A DNA stretch of 32,000 nucleotides from assembly GCF_014280175.1 (NCBI RefSeq), contig NZ_CP047931.1, positions 1,890,001-1,922,000 of the forward strand, read 5' to 3'. The position numbers and the translations under genes are program-made. The notes under the pieces were generated by a model. That model had not been told where the DNA came from. It did not search any database and saw nothing but the letters and a program-made list of their open reading frames with translations. The stretch comes from Synechococcus sp. A15-28 (GTDB lineage Bacteria; Cyanobacteriota; Cyanobacteriia; PCC-6307; Cyanobiaceae). Position 1 is the stretch's first letter, and each line of letters starts with the position of its first letter. This document shows positions 24,393 to 32,000 of this stretch, piece after piece.

Positions 24393-26606
24393 TCAACCGA
24401 ACTTGCCTGAAGTGGAGGCGATCAGGAAGGCGGCGTACGTGAGCACGTAACCAACCGAGAAGTGGGCGAGACCCACAACACGAGCCTGAACGATCGAGAG
24501 AGCCACAGGCTTGTCGCGCCAGCCCATCATGTTGGCGATGGGGCTGCGCTGATGCGCCCAGACGATGGTCTCGATCAGTTCCTGCCAGTAACCGCGCCAG
24601 GAGATCAGGAACATGAAACCGGTGGCCCACACCAGGTGACCGAACAGGAACATCCAGGCCCAGACGGCCAGGTTGTTGCTGCCGAACGGGTTGTAGCCGT
24701 TGATCAGCTGGGAGGAGTTGAGCCAGAGGTAGTCGCGGAACCAGCCCATCAGGTAGGTGCTGGATTCGTTGAACTGAGCCACGTTGCCGGACCAGATGGC
24801 CAGGTGCTTCCAGTGCCAATAGAAGGTGACCCAACCCACGGTGTTCAGGGCCCAGAAGACAGCCAGATAGAAGGCGTCCCAGGCTGAGATGTCGCAGGTG
24901 CCGCCACGGCCGGGGCCGTCGCAGGGGAAGGAGTAGCCGAAGTCCTTCTTGTCAGGCATCAGCTTGGAGCCGCGAGCATCCAGGGCACCCTTCACAAGGA
25001 TCAGGGTGGTGGTGTGCAGACCCAGAGCGATGGCGTGGTGGACCAGGAAGTCACCAGGGCCGATGGGCAGGAACACGTCGGTGTTGCCGTTGATGGCATC
25101 CAGCCAGTAGTGCTCGCCGGGGATGTTCTGCGCAGCGAGGCTGGCGGAACTGGAGGCGTTGGAGAGCAGCACGTCCATGCCGTACATGGCCTTACCAGAG
25201 GCGGCCTGCACGAACTGGGCGAACACGGGCTCCACCAGGATCTGCTTCTCGGGGGTACCGAAGGAGACGACCACATCGTTGTGGACGTAGAGGCCGAGGG
25301 TGTGGAAACCGAGGAACAGGGAGACCCAGCTCAGGTGGCTGATGATCGCTTCCTTGTGCTCGAGCATCCGAGCCAGGACGTTGTCCTTGTTGGCTTCGGG
25401 GTCGTAGTCACGGATGAAGAAGATCGCACCGTGGGCAAAGGCACCGCACATCAGGGCGATGGCGATGTACTGGTGATGGGTGTACAGGGCTGCCTGGGTC
25501 GTGTAGTCCTTCGCGATGAAGGCGTACGACGGCATCGAGTACATGTGCTGCGCCACCAGGCTGGTGACCACGCCGAGGGAGGCGAGAGCCAGGCCGAGCT
25601 GGAAGTGCAGGCTGTTGTTGATCGTGTCGTAAAGACCTTTGTGGCCGGCGCCGAGGTCACCAGGGGTGCCCTTGGGTGGGTTGTGGGTCTCGAGGATCTC
25701 CTTGATGGAGTGACCGATCCCGAAGTTGGTCCGGTACATGTGGCCGGCGATCACGAAGATGCAACCGATGGCCAGGTGGTGGTGGGCGATGTCGGTGAGC
25801 CACAGAGCTTCGCTCTGAGGATGGAAACCGCCGAGGAAGGTGAGGATGGCGGTGCCTGCGCCATCAGCGCTGCCGAAAGCCTGGTTCAGGGAATCAGGGT
25901 TCTCGGCATACACACCCCAGTTGCCGGTGAAGAAGGGTCCAAGACCGGCGGGGTGAGGCAGAACGTTGAGGAAGTTGTCCCAACCGACGTGCTGTCCGCG
26001 GGCTTCGGGGATCGCGACGTGAACCAGGTGACCGGTCCAGGCGATGGAGCTGAAGCCGAACAGAACGGCGAGGTGGTGGTTGAGGCGTGATTCAGCGTTC
26101 TTGAACCAGGCCAGAGAGGGACGGAACTTGGGCTGCAGATGCAGCCAGCCGGCGAAGAGGGCCCAGGCCGACAGGATCATCATGAAGATGGAACCCTGAT
26201 ACAGCTCGGCGTTGGTGCGCATGCCGATCGTGTACCACCAGTGGTACATACCGGAGAAGGCGATGTTCACCGGAGAGGAAGCACCCGCTTGGGTGAAGGC
26301 ATCAATGGCGCCTTGACCGAAGTGGGGATCCCAGATTGCGTGAGCGATGGGGCGCACGTGCAGGGGGTCAGCGACCCACTGCTCGAAGTTGCCCTGCCAG
26401 GCGATGTGGAACAGGTTTCCCGAAACCCACAGGCCGATGATCGCCAGGTGACCGAAATGGGTGGAGAAGAGCTTCTGATAGAGGCGCTCCTCCGTCATTC
26501 CGTCATGGCTCTCGAAGTCGTGAGCCGTGGCGATCCCGTACCAGATACGACGGGTTGTCGGGTCCTGAGCCAGACCCTGGCTGAACGAAGGAAATTTCGT
26601 TGCCAT
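24393..26606 (-). CDS. psaB: Photosystem I P700 chlorophyll a apoprotein A2 (PsaB)
   Basis: 737 aa. The N-terminus [32 protein letters not shown] and the FX-cluster loop [13 protein letters not shown] are diagnostic. Confidence 0.97.
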   Translation of the reverse strand: MATKFPSFSQGLAQDPTTRRIWYGIATAHDFESHDGMTEERLYQKLFSTHFGHLAIIGLWVSGNLFHIAWQGNFEQWVADPLHVRPIAHAIWDPHFGQGAIDAFTQAGASSPVNIAFSGMYHWWYTIGMRTNAELYQGSIFMMILSAWALFAGWLHLQPKFRPSLAWFKNAESRLNHHLAVLFGFSSIAWTGHLVHVAIPEARGQHVGWDNFLNVLPHPAGLGPFFTGNWGVYAENPDSLNQAFGSADGAGTAILTFLGGFHPQSEALWLTDIAHHHLAIGCIFVIAGHMYRTNFGIGHSIKEILETHNPPKGTPGDLGAGHKGLYDTINNSLHFQLGLALASLGVVTSLVAQHMYSMPSYAFIAKDYTTQAALYTHHQYIAIALMCGAFAHGAIFFIRDYDPEANKDNVLARMLEHKEAIISHLSWVSLFLGFHTLGLYVHNDVVVSFGTPEKQILVEPVFAQFVQAASGKAMYGMDVLLSNASSSASLAAQNIPGEHYWLDAINGNTDVFLPIGPGDFLVHHAIALGLHTTTLILVKGALDARGSKLMPDKKDFGYSFPCDGPGRGGTCDISAWDAFYLAVFWALNTVGWVTFYWHWKHLAIWSGNVAQFNESSTYLMGWFRDYLWLNSSQLINGYNPFGSNNLAVWAWMFLFGHLVWATGFMFLISWRGYWQELIETIVWAHQRSPIANMMGWRDKPVALSIVQARVVGLAHFSVGYVLTYAAFLIASTSGKFG

Positions 26607-26627
26607 TAGAGGGAAAGGTCAGTGAGG

Positions 26628-28931
26628 TCAGCCGACCACAAGAATGTGGGCGTGGAAGAAGGCCCACGTGGTCGCAATTCCGCCCAACAGGTAGTGGGCG
26701 ACACCCACGGCACGGCCCTGGATGATGGACAGCGCGCGGGGCTGGATGGCCGGAGCCACCTTCAGCTTGTTGTGAGCCCAGACGATGGACTCGATCAGCT
26801 CTTGCCAGTAGCCGCGGCCACTGAACAGGAACATCAGGCTGAAGGCCCAGATGAAGTGGGCACCCAGGAACATGATTCCGTAGGCGCTGGTGTTCGAGCC
26901 GTAGCTGTTGATCACCTGAACGGCCTGAGCCCACAGGTAGTCACGCAGCCAGCCATTGATGGTGATGGCGCTCTGGGCAAAGTTGCCGTTGGTGATGTGC
27001 GCGACGGAACCGTCGGCGTTCACCGTTCCCCAGATATCGCTCTGCATCTTCCAGGAGAAGTGGAAGATCACGATCGACAGGGAGTTGTACATCCAGAACA
27101 GACCCAGGAACACGTGGTCCCAAGCGGACACCTGACAGGTGCCACCGCGACCGGGGCCGTCGCAGGAGAAGCGGAAGCCCAGGTTGGCCTTGTCTGGAAT
27201 GAGACGGGAGCTGCGGGCGTAGAGCACACCCTTCAGCAGGATCAGCACCGTCACGTGAATCGTGAAGGCGTGGATGTGGTGCACCATGAAGTCGGCGGTG
27301 CCGAGCGGCATGGGGGCTGCGGCAACCTTGCCGCCGACCGCCACAACGGAGCCGTTGAACACTTCGCTCACGCCGGCAAGAGCGTTGGGAGCGGTGCTAC
27401 CGGCTGCTGCTGCATGGGCGTTCTGAATCCACTGGGCGAAGATCGGCTGAATGGAGATCGCCGAATCACTGAACATGTCCTGGGGACGTCCCAGGGCACG
27501 CATGGTGTCGTTGTGGATATAGAGGCCGAAGCTGTGGGCTCCAAGCCAGATGCACACCCAGTTGAGGTGGCTGATGATGGCGTCGCGGGCCTTGAGCACC
27601 CGATCCAGCACGTTGTCGATGTGCTTGGCGGGGTCGTAGTCGCGGACCATGGCGATGGCCGCGTGGGCCGCACCACCGACGATCAGGAATCCACCGATCC
27701 ACATGTGATGGGTGAACAGACCGATCTGAGTCGGGTAATCGACAGCCATGTACGCGTAGGGAGGCATGGCGTACATGTGCTGAGCCACGATGATGCTCAG
27801 TGAGCCGAGCATCGCCAGGTTCAGACCCAGCTGGGCGTGCCAGGAGGTGGTCAGGAACTCGTAGAGACCGTCGTGACCGTTGGGAGCGGGGAACAGCAGG
27901 GGATCACCCTTCTGACCTTCGTGGATCTCCTTGATGGAGTGCCCGATGCCCCAGTTCGTCCGGTACATGTGACCAGCGACGATGAAAAGGACGGCGATCG
28001 CCACATGGTGATGGGCGATGTCGGTCATCCAGAGACTGCCGGTGACAGGGTTCAAACCACCTTTGAAGGTGAGGAAGTCGCTGTAGGCAGCCCAGTTGCC
28101 GGAAAAGAAGGCTCCGATCCCTGCACCGATGCCGGGATAAAGCTGTGCCAGCAGGTCCTGATTGAAGAACTCGTGCGGCAGGGGGATGTCAGCGACAGTT
28201 GCGATGGTTTTGCCGTCGAGCACCAGCGGCTGACCAGCGTCAATCGCATCCATCAGCTTGCTGACGGGAGCGGACACATGGATGAGGTGACCTGCCCAGG
28301 AGAGAGAACCGAGACCCAGCAGACCTGCCAGGTGGTGGTTCAGCATGGACTCAACGTTCTGGAACCACTCCAGCTTCGGCGCAGCCTTGTGGTAGTGGAA
28401 AACACCAGCGTTGAGCATCAGGCCGGCCATCACCAGGGCACCGATGGCCAGAGCCATGAGCTGGGTTTCGCTGGTGATGCCCCATCCACGCCAGACGTGG
28501 AACAGGCCTGAGGTGATCTGAATGCCTTGGAAGCCGGCACCCATATCGCCATTGAGAATCTCCTGGCCAAAGATCGGCCACACCACCTGAGCACTGGGCT
28601 TCACGTGGGTGGGATCAGCGAGCCAACCGGAATAGTTTGAGAAGCGAGCACCGTGGAAGAAGGCGCCGCTCAGCCAGATGAAGATGACGGCCAGATGGCC
28701 GAAGTGTGCGGAGAAGATCCGCCGAGAGACCTCTTGAAGGTCACTCGTGTGGGCGTCGAAGTCGTGAGCGTTGGCGTGAAGGTTCCAAACCCAGGATGTG
28801 GTTTTGGGACCCTTCGCGAGAGCGCGGTCGAAATGTCCGGGCTTACCGAACAGCTCGAAGGTTGCTGGATTGTCAACCTTTTCAACCTGGCTCTTCGCGT
28901 CACTCCCACGCTCTGGTGGGCTGATGGTCAT
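26628..28931 (-). CDS. psaA: Photosystem I P700 chlorophyll a apoprotein A1 (PsaA)
   Basis: The track ORF is 26628..29021. The canonical PsaA N-terminus [40 protein letters not shown] begins at the ATG at 28931, giving 767 aa. The FX loop is [15 protein letters not shown]. The gene lies 21 nt upstream of psaB. Confidence 0.97.
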   Translation of the reverse strand: MTISPPERGSDAKSQVEKVDNPATFELFGKPGHFDRALAKGPKTTSWVWNLHANAHDFDAHTSDLQEVSRRIFSAHFGHLAVIFIWLSGAFFHGARFSNYSGWLADPTHVKPSAQVVWPIFGQEILNGDMGAGFQGIQITSGLFHVWRGWGITSETQLMALAIGALVMAGLMLNAGVFHYHKAAPKLEWFQNVESMLNHHLAGLLGLGSLSWAGHLIHVSAPVSKLMDAIDAGQPLVLDGKTIATVADIPLPHEFFNQDLLAQLYPGIGAGIGAFFSGNWAAYSDFLTFKGGLNPVTGSLWMTDIAHHHVAIAVLFIVAGHMYRTNWGIGHSIKEIHEGQKGDPLLFPAPNGHDGLYEFLTTSWHAQLGLNLAMLGSLSIIVAQHMYAMPPYAYMAVDYPTQIGLFTHHMWIGGFLIVGGAAHAAIAMVRDYDPAKHIDNVLDRVLKARDAIISHLNWVCIWLGAHSFGLYIHNDTMRALGRPQDMFSDSAISIQPIFAQWIQNAHAAAAGSTAPNALAGVSEVFNGSVVAVGGKVAAAPMPLGTADFMVHHIHAFTIHVTVLILLKGVLYARSSRLIPDKANLGFRFSCDGPGRGGTCQVSAWDHVFLGLFWMYNSLSIVIFHFSWKMQSDIWGTVNADGSVAHITNGNFAQSAITINGWLRDYLWAQAVQVINSYGSNTSAYGIMFLGAHFIWAFSLMFLFSGRGYWQELIESIVWAHNKLKVAPAIQPRALSIIQGRAVGVAHYLLGGIATTWAFFHAHILVVG

Positions 28932-28977
28932 CGAGTCGTTCCTCGAGGGACTGGAGTCGAGGTGGAGGGCCACCCCT

Positions 28978-28999
28978 CCGATGGATCGAAATCCATCGG
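28978..28999 (-). promoter_or_regulatory. Perfect 9-bp stem-loop in the psaA leader
   Basis: CCGATGGAT (28978-28986), loop CGAA, ATCCATCGG (28991-28999). It lies 47-68 nt upstream of the psaA ATG. Confidence 0.4.
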
Positions 29000-29333
29000 G
29001 GCCCCGGACACAGCTCCGCAATGAAGCTGCATCAGGGCGTCAGTGCGATAAAGAGCCGAAACCCCTTGACTTCACTGAAGCTGGGGCCCCAAAAAGGGGA
29101 CCGCTGGCGGAAGCATAGATCTGAAGAAGGGCTTATACCGGTGTTGAGTTACAAAGGTTCAATCCCGCCCCGAGCCAGTCTGGAACTGGGGTCTCCAGAG
29201 GTGTGGTGATCAGCAAAAAACAGAATCTTGCGGCAGTTAGCAACACAAACGTCGTTATTTTTTCGGCCAGGCTGATAAAAACTGTTTCTTGCCACGCCAG
29301 GGTGGGCAGAATGAACCCATCCGCTGTTCAGCC

Positions 29334-30596
29334 ATGCCGCGCTCGGCCCTGAAGCCGCTGCTGGTGGGGGTTCTGGCCTTGCTGCTCCTGTTCAGCGCCC
29401 CAACGGGGGTTGCCGCCCTGCCGGGATGGCTCAACCGCGGCCAAGCAGCGGAAGGACCCATTCCAAGCGAGGGCCCCTCAGGACGTCTGCAGGAAGTGGC
29501 CCCACCGGGAGCTGTTCAGCAGCTGAAGCGCCAACTGACCGGACGGCACCCCCAGCTGACGCTGATCAGCCCCGCCGATGACGGCGTGATCAACAGCGAT
29601 GGCGTGGAACTGGTCCTGGCGGTGCAGGACTGGCCGGTGAGCCGGGATCCGGACTTGGGGATCGGCCCCCATGTGGTCGTGCAGGTCGATGACCGTCCGC
29701 TCATCCGAGTCGATCAACTCACCGATGGAGAGGTGCGGTTGGACCTCGATGACCTGACGCCGGGAAGTCATCGATTCAGCGCCTGGGCCGCCTACCCATG
29801 GGGGGAGGCTGTCACGGCCCCGGGCGGATCCGTTCAAGGGCGACTGCACCTCTGGCAACGGCTGAACGAAACCCAGCCATCGGCGGATGCCCCCTGGGTC
29901 GTGCCCGTCCCACCCGCAGATCAAAAGAACCAGCAACCGTTAATGCTGGATTGGCTGATCTGGAATGCCCCACTTCAGAACCTTCGCGATGGAGACGGCC
30001 GCTGGCGCATCCGCATCAGCGTTGATGGAGACAGCTTTCTGACGGACCACCAAGAAGCGATTTGGCTGAAAGGGAGCGGCAGCCAGGGCACCACTCTCCA
30101 GGTGGAGTTGCTGAATGGTCAGGGCGAACCCCTGCAGCCCGTCTTCAACAATCGTCTGGTTCGGTTGGAGGACGGCAGTCGTCACCGGCCCGTCTGGCTG
30201 AAGCCCCGCCTGAATGAGGATGAACTGGAGCGCCTAAGCGGAAGTCCCCAGCAGGAGCGAGTCAAACCTGAACCCTCATCGGATGACAGTCCCGAACTGA
30301 ACGAAGAAGCCGAACTTGAACCTGAACAAAAGGCAGAGGAAGAAAAAACAGACGTCACTCCTGAGCAAGTCGACACCTCAAGCCAGAATTTCAAATCTGA
30401 CCTTGAGCCGGCAACCGTTGAAGAGGCCGACCCAGACCCCGTGATCGCCCCGAGCCAGGAGCCATCGCTGGCCTTGGAGCCCGAACCGGAACCCGTTCCG
30501 ATGCACCAATCGGAACCTCTGCTGCGCCCGGAATCCAGCCTGGGAGGATCAGCCCGGGAGCTGCTGAATCCGGATGGACGTCTCAAGCAGCCCTGA
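29334..30596 (+). CDS. Secreted hypothetical protein with an acidic Pro/Glu-rich C-terminal tail
   Basis: The track ORF is 29289..30596 (TTG start). The ATG at 29334 gives a signal peptide MPRSALKPLLVGVLALLLLFSAPTGVAA. The C-terminal ~120 aa are low-complexity (EPSSDDSPELNEEAELEPEQKAEEEK..LEPEPEPVP). Confidence 0.65.
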   Translation: MPRSALKPLLVGVLALLLLFSAPTGVAALPGWLNRGQAAEGPIPSEGPSGRLQEVAPPGAVQQLKRQLTGRHPQLTLISPADDGVINSDGVELVLAVQDWPVSRDPDLGIGPHVVVQVDDRPLIRVDQLTDGEVRLDLDDLTPGSHRFSAWAAYPWGEAVTAPGGSVQGRLHLWQRLNETQPSADAPWVVPVPPADQKNQQPLMLDWLIWNAPLQNLRDGDGRWRIRISVDGDSFLTDHQEAIWLKGSGSQGTTLQVELLNGQGEPLQPVFNNRLVRLEDGSRHRPVWLKPRLNEDELERLSGSPQQERVKPEPSSDDSPELNEEAELEPEQKAEEEKTDVTPEQVDTSSQNFKSDLEPATVEEADPDPVIAPSQEPSLALEPEPEPVPMHQSEPLLRPESSLGGSARELLNPDGRLKQP

Positions 30597-32000
30597 GCCA
30601 CTCCCTGCCAGCGCCCGCCCTGACTTCGCCCAAACCACAGACGCATCACTCCGGCATCGGCATCGGCCTGTCCGCCGCCAGCCAACCGCTGCTGGATCGC
30701 CTGTTGCAAAGCGGTGAGATCCATAAGTCCTTCCGCGCGGATGGGGCGATCAAAGAGACACTCATCGATCACTGGCGGGAGGGAGAAACCCTCTTGTTCA
30801 TTGGCGCGGTCGGGGCCGTGACCCGGCTGATCGCCCCTCTGCTTCAAGGCAAGGAGCAGGATCCAGCCGTTCTTGTCCTCGATCCGAAGGGGCAGTGGGT
30901 CATCCCGTTGCTCGGGGGCCACAGCAGCGGCGCCGAGCAACGGGCGCGGGAACTGGCGCAGATGCTGCAGGCCAGCGCCGTACTCACCGGAGCCTGTGCC
31001 ACGGAGCAACGCCTGGCGTTGGATGCCTTCGGTGAGGGCTGGGGCTGGCGGCGTGGTGGCAGCAGCGCTGCCTGGCGGGAGTTGATGCAGAGGCAGGCCT
31101 GCGCAGAGCGATCGACCGTCTCCCAGACCTGTGGCGCCGTCGATTGGCAGCAGCAACACCCATGGCTGGACAGCGCGGCCAGTGCCGCGGACGCGCAGCT
31201 GAGTATCGGCGCCGACAACCTGGCCCCCTGCCGCTGGCATCCCACCAGCCTCTGGCTGGGGGTGGGCTGTGAACGCGACACCAGCCTGGAGCTGGTGCAA
31301 CGGGCGATCAGAGACGTCCTGGATCAGGGGGGACTGGCGGAGGATGCTGTAGCCGGCCTGGCCAGCATCGATCGCAAAGCGGATGAGCCAGCTCTACTGG
31401 CGTTGATCCAGCAACAGCAATGGTGCTTCCGCACCTACGGCGCAACGGATCTGGCATCGGTCACTGTGCCCACCCCATCCGAGGTGGTGCGCGCCGAGAT
31501 GGGAACCGCCTCGGTGGCGGAGGCGGCAGCCCTGCTGGCTGCTGGAGAGGGAGCTGCCCTGCGGCAAAGCAAGGTGATTCGACATGCCGGCCCCGGTGAA
31601 AAGGGTGCAGTCACCGTGGCGGTGGCGGAAGCACGCCTCCCCTTCGCCCCGTCGCGGGGTGAACTGCATCTGATCGGCAGTGGCCCTGGGGATCCGTCCC
31701 TGCTCAGTGGTGATGCCCGCCAGGCCCTCGCCCGCTGCACGGCCTGGGTGGGCTACGGGCTCTATCTCGATCTCCTCGAACCCCTGCGACAGGTGCATCA
31801 GGTACGGCTGGACGGCCAGCTCACCCGCGAATGGGACCGCTGTGCCAAGGCGCTGAGCCTGGCGCAGCAGGGGGCACGGGTCGCCCTGATCTCATCAGGG
31901 GACAGCGGGATTTACGGCATGGCCGGGCTGGCCCTGGAGTTGTGGCTGCAGCAGCCGGAACAGGACCGGCCGACCTTTCAGGTGCATCCGGGTATCTCCG
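30593..32000 (+). CDS. cobJ: Cobalamin biosynthesis CbiG fused to precorrin-3B C17-methyltransferase (CobJ/CbiH-type). The 3' end is outside the window and the start codon is uncertain.
   Basis: This ORF is absent from the ORF track because it runs off the window. My translation of frame 2 from 30602 has no stop up to 32000. The CbiG-like parts are SGIGIGLSAASQPLLDRLL, LLFIGAVGAVTRLIAPLL, VLVLDPKGQWVIPLLGGHSSGA and LWLGVGCERDTS. The methylase part is ELHLIGSGPGDPSLLSGDA..VALISSGDSGIYGMAGLALE (from nt 31661). Confidence 0.8.
   Translation, partial: MSHSLPAPALTSPKPQTHHSGIGIGLSAASQPLLDRLLQSGEIHKSFRADGAIKETLIDHWREGETLLFIGAVGAVTRLIAPLLQGKEQDPAVLVLDPKGQWVIPLLGGHSSGAEQRARELAQMLQASAVLTGACATEQRLALDAFGEGWGWRRGGSSAAWRELMQRQACAERSTVSQTCGAVDWQQQHPWLDSAASAADAQLSIGADNLAPCRWHPTSLWLGVGCERDTSLELVQRAIRDVLDQGGLAEDAVAGLASIDRKADEPALLALIQQQQWCFRTYGATDLASVTVPTPSEVVRAEMGTASVAEAAALLAAGEGAALRQSKVIRHAGPGEKGAVTVAVAEARLPFAPSRGELHLIGSGPGDPSLLSGDARQALARCTAWVGYGLYLDLLEPLRQVHQVRLDGQLTREWDRCAKALSLAQQGARVALISSGDSGIYGMAGLALELWLQQPEQDRPTFQVHPGIS

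Noticed and set aside
25014-27803. Two long plus-strand ORFs (25014..26090, 358 aa; 26622..27803, 393 aa)
   Set aside because: They are antisense to psaB and psaA. Their translations are Gly/Val/Asp/His-rich with no recognisable motifs. The minus-strand products are unmistakable PSI core proteins. Such shadow ORFs are expected in GC3-rich genes.
28932-29021. A 30-codon N-terminal extension of psaA in the ORF track
   Set aside because: The canonical PsaA N-terminus MTISPPER begins at 28931. The extension covers the structured leader.
29156-29177. GGTTCAATCCCGCCCCGAGCCA upstream of psaA, which superficially resembles a tRNA T-loop, acceptor and CCA end
   Set aside because: The required T-stem 5' strand would be AAAGG, which cannot pair with CCGCC. 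No upstream tRNA body is present. The fragment also overlaps the candidate psaA -35 region. It is most likely chance similarity.
30182-31798. Minus-strand ORFs 30182..31300 (372 aa) and 31394..31798 (134 aa)
   Set aside because: They are antisense to the plus-strand frame, which translates without stops into recognisable CbiG and CobJ sequence. Their products are low-complexity and Gly/Ala/Ser/Arg-rich.
1-32000. CRISPR arrays, rRNA genes, IS elements with terminal inverted repeats, and long tandem repeats
   Set aside because: None was seen on reading the sequence. The only direct repeats found are the short ones reported above.

Overview
The window looks like a high-GC marine picocyanobacterial chromosome segment (Synechococcus/Cyanobium-like). 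That inference rests on the PsaA/PsaB/PsaI/PsaL sequences and the composition. There are three parts. (1) nt 1-11048 is one tightly packed plus-strand operon of four large genes. They encode a DUF1998-type SF2 helicase with a fused endonuclease-like C-terminus (5' end outside the window), an SNF2-family helicase, a 1306-aa N6-adenine methyltransferase, and a GHKL ATPase with STAS-like (DUF4325-like) domain(s). This resembles class 1 DISARM but has a non-canonical gene and domain composition, and it is the main candidate for an unusual defence system. The last ~530 codons of the methyltransferase are sharply AT-richer than the rest of the operon. (2) nt ~11049-14874 is an AT-rich integration module. 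It holds a P4-type tyrosine integrase, an AlpA-like excisionase/regulator behind a near-consensus promoter, and several small orphan ORFs. It ends at a sharp GC boundary marked by a tandem TGTGGGGGAA repeat. (3) nt 14975-32000 holds core genes: a serine hydrolase, an NlpC/P60 peptidase, a GT2 glycosyltransferase, a HEAT-repeat membrane protein, psaI-psaL, an RND transporter coupled to a sulfotransferase-like gene, a DUF3598-like gene, psaA-psaB, a secreted acidic-tail protein, and a cbiG-cobJ fusion that runs off the window. I found no rRNA, intact tRNA or CRISPR array by eye. All domain calls come from motif recognition in the translated ORFs, not from database searches.
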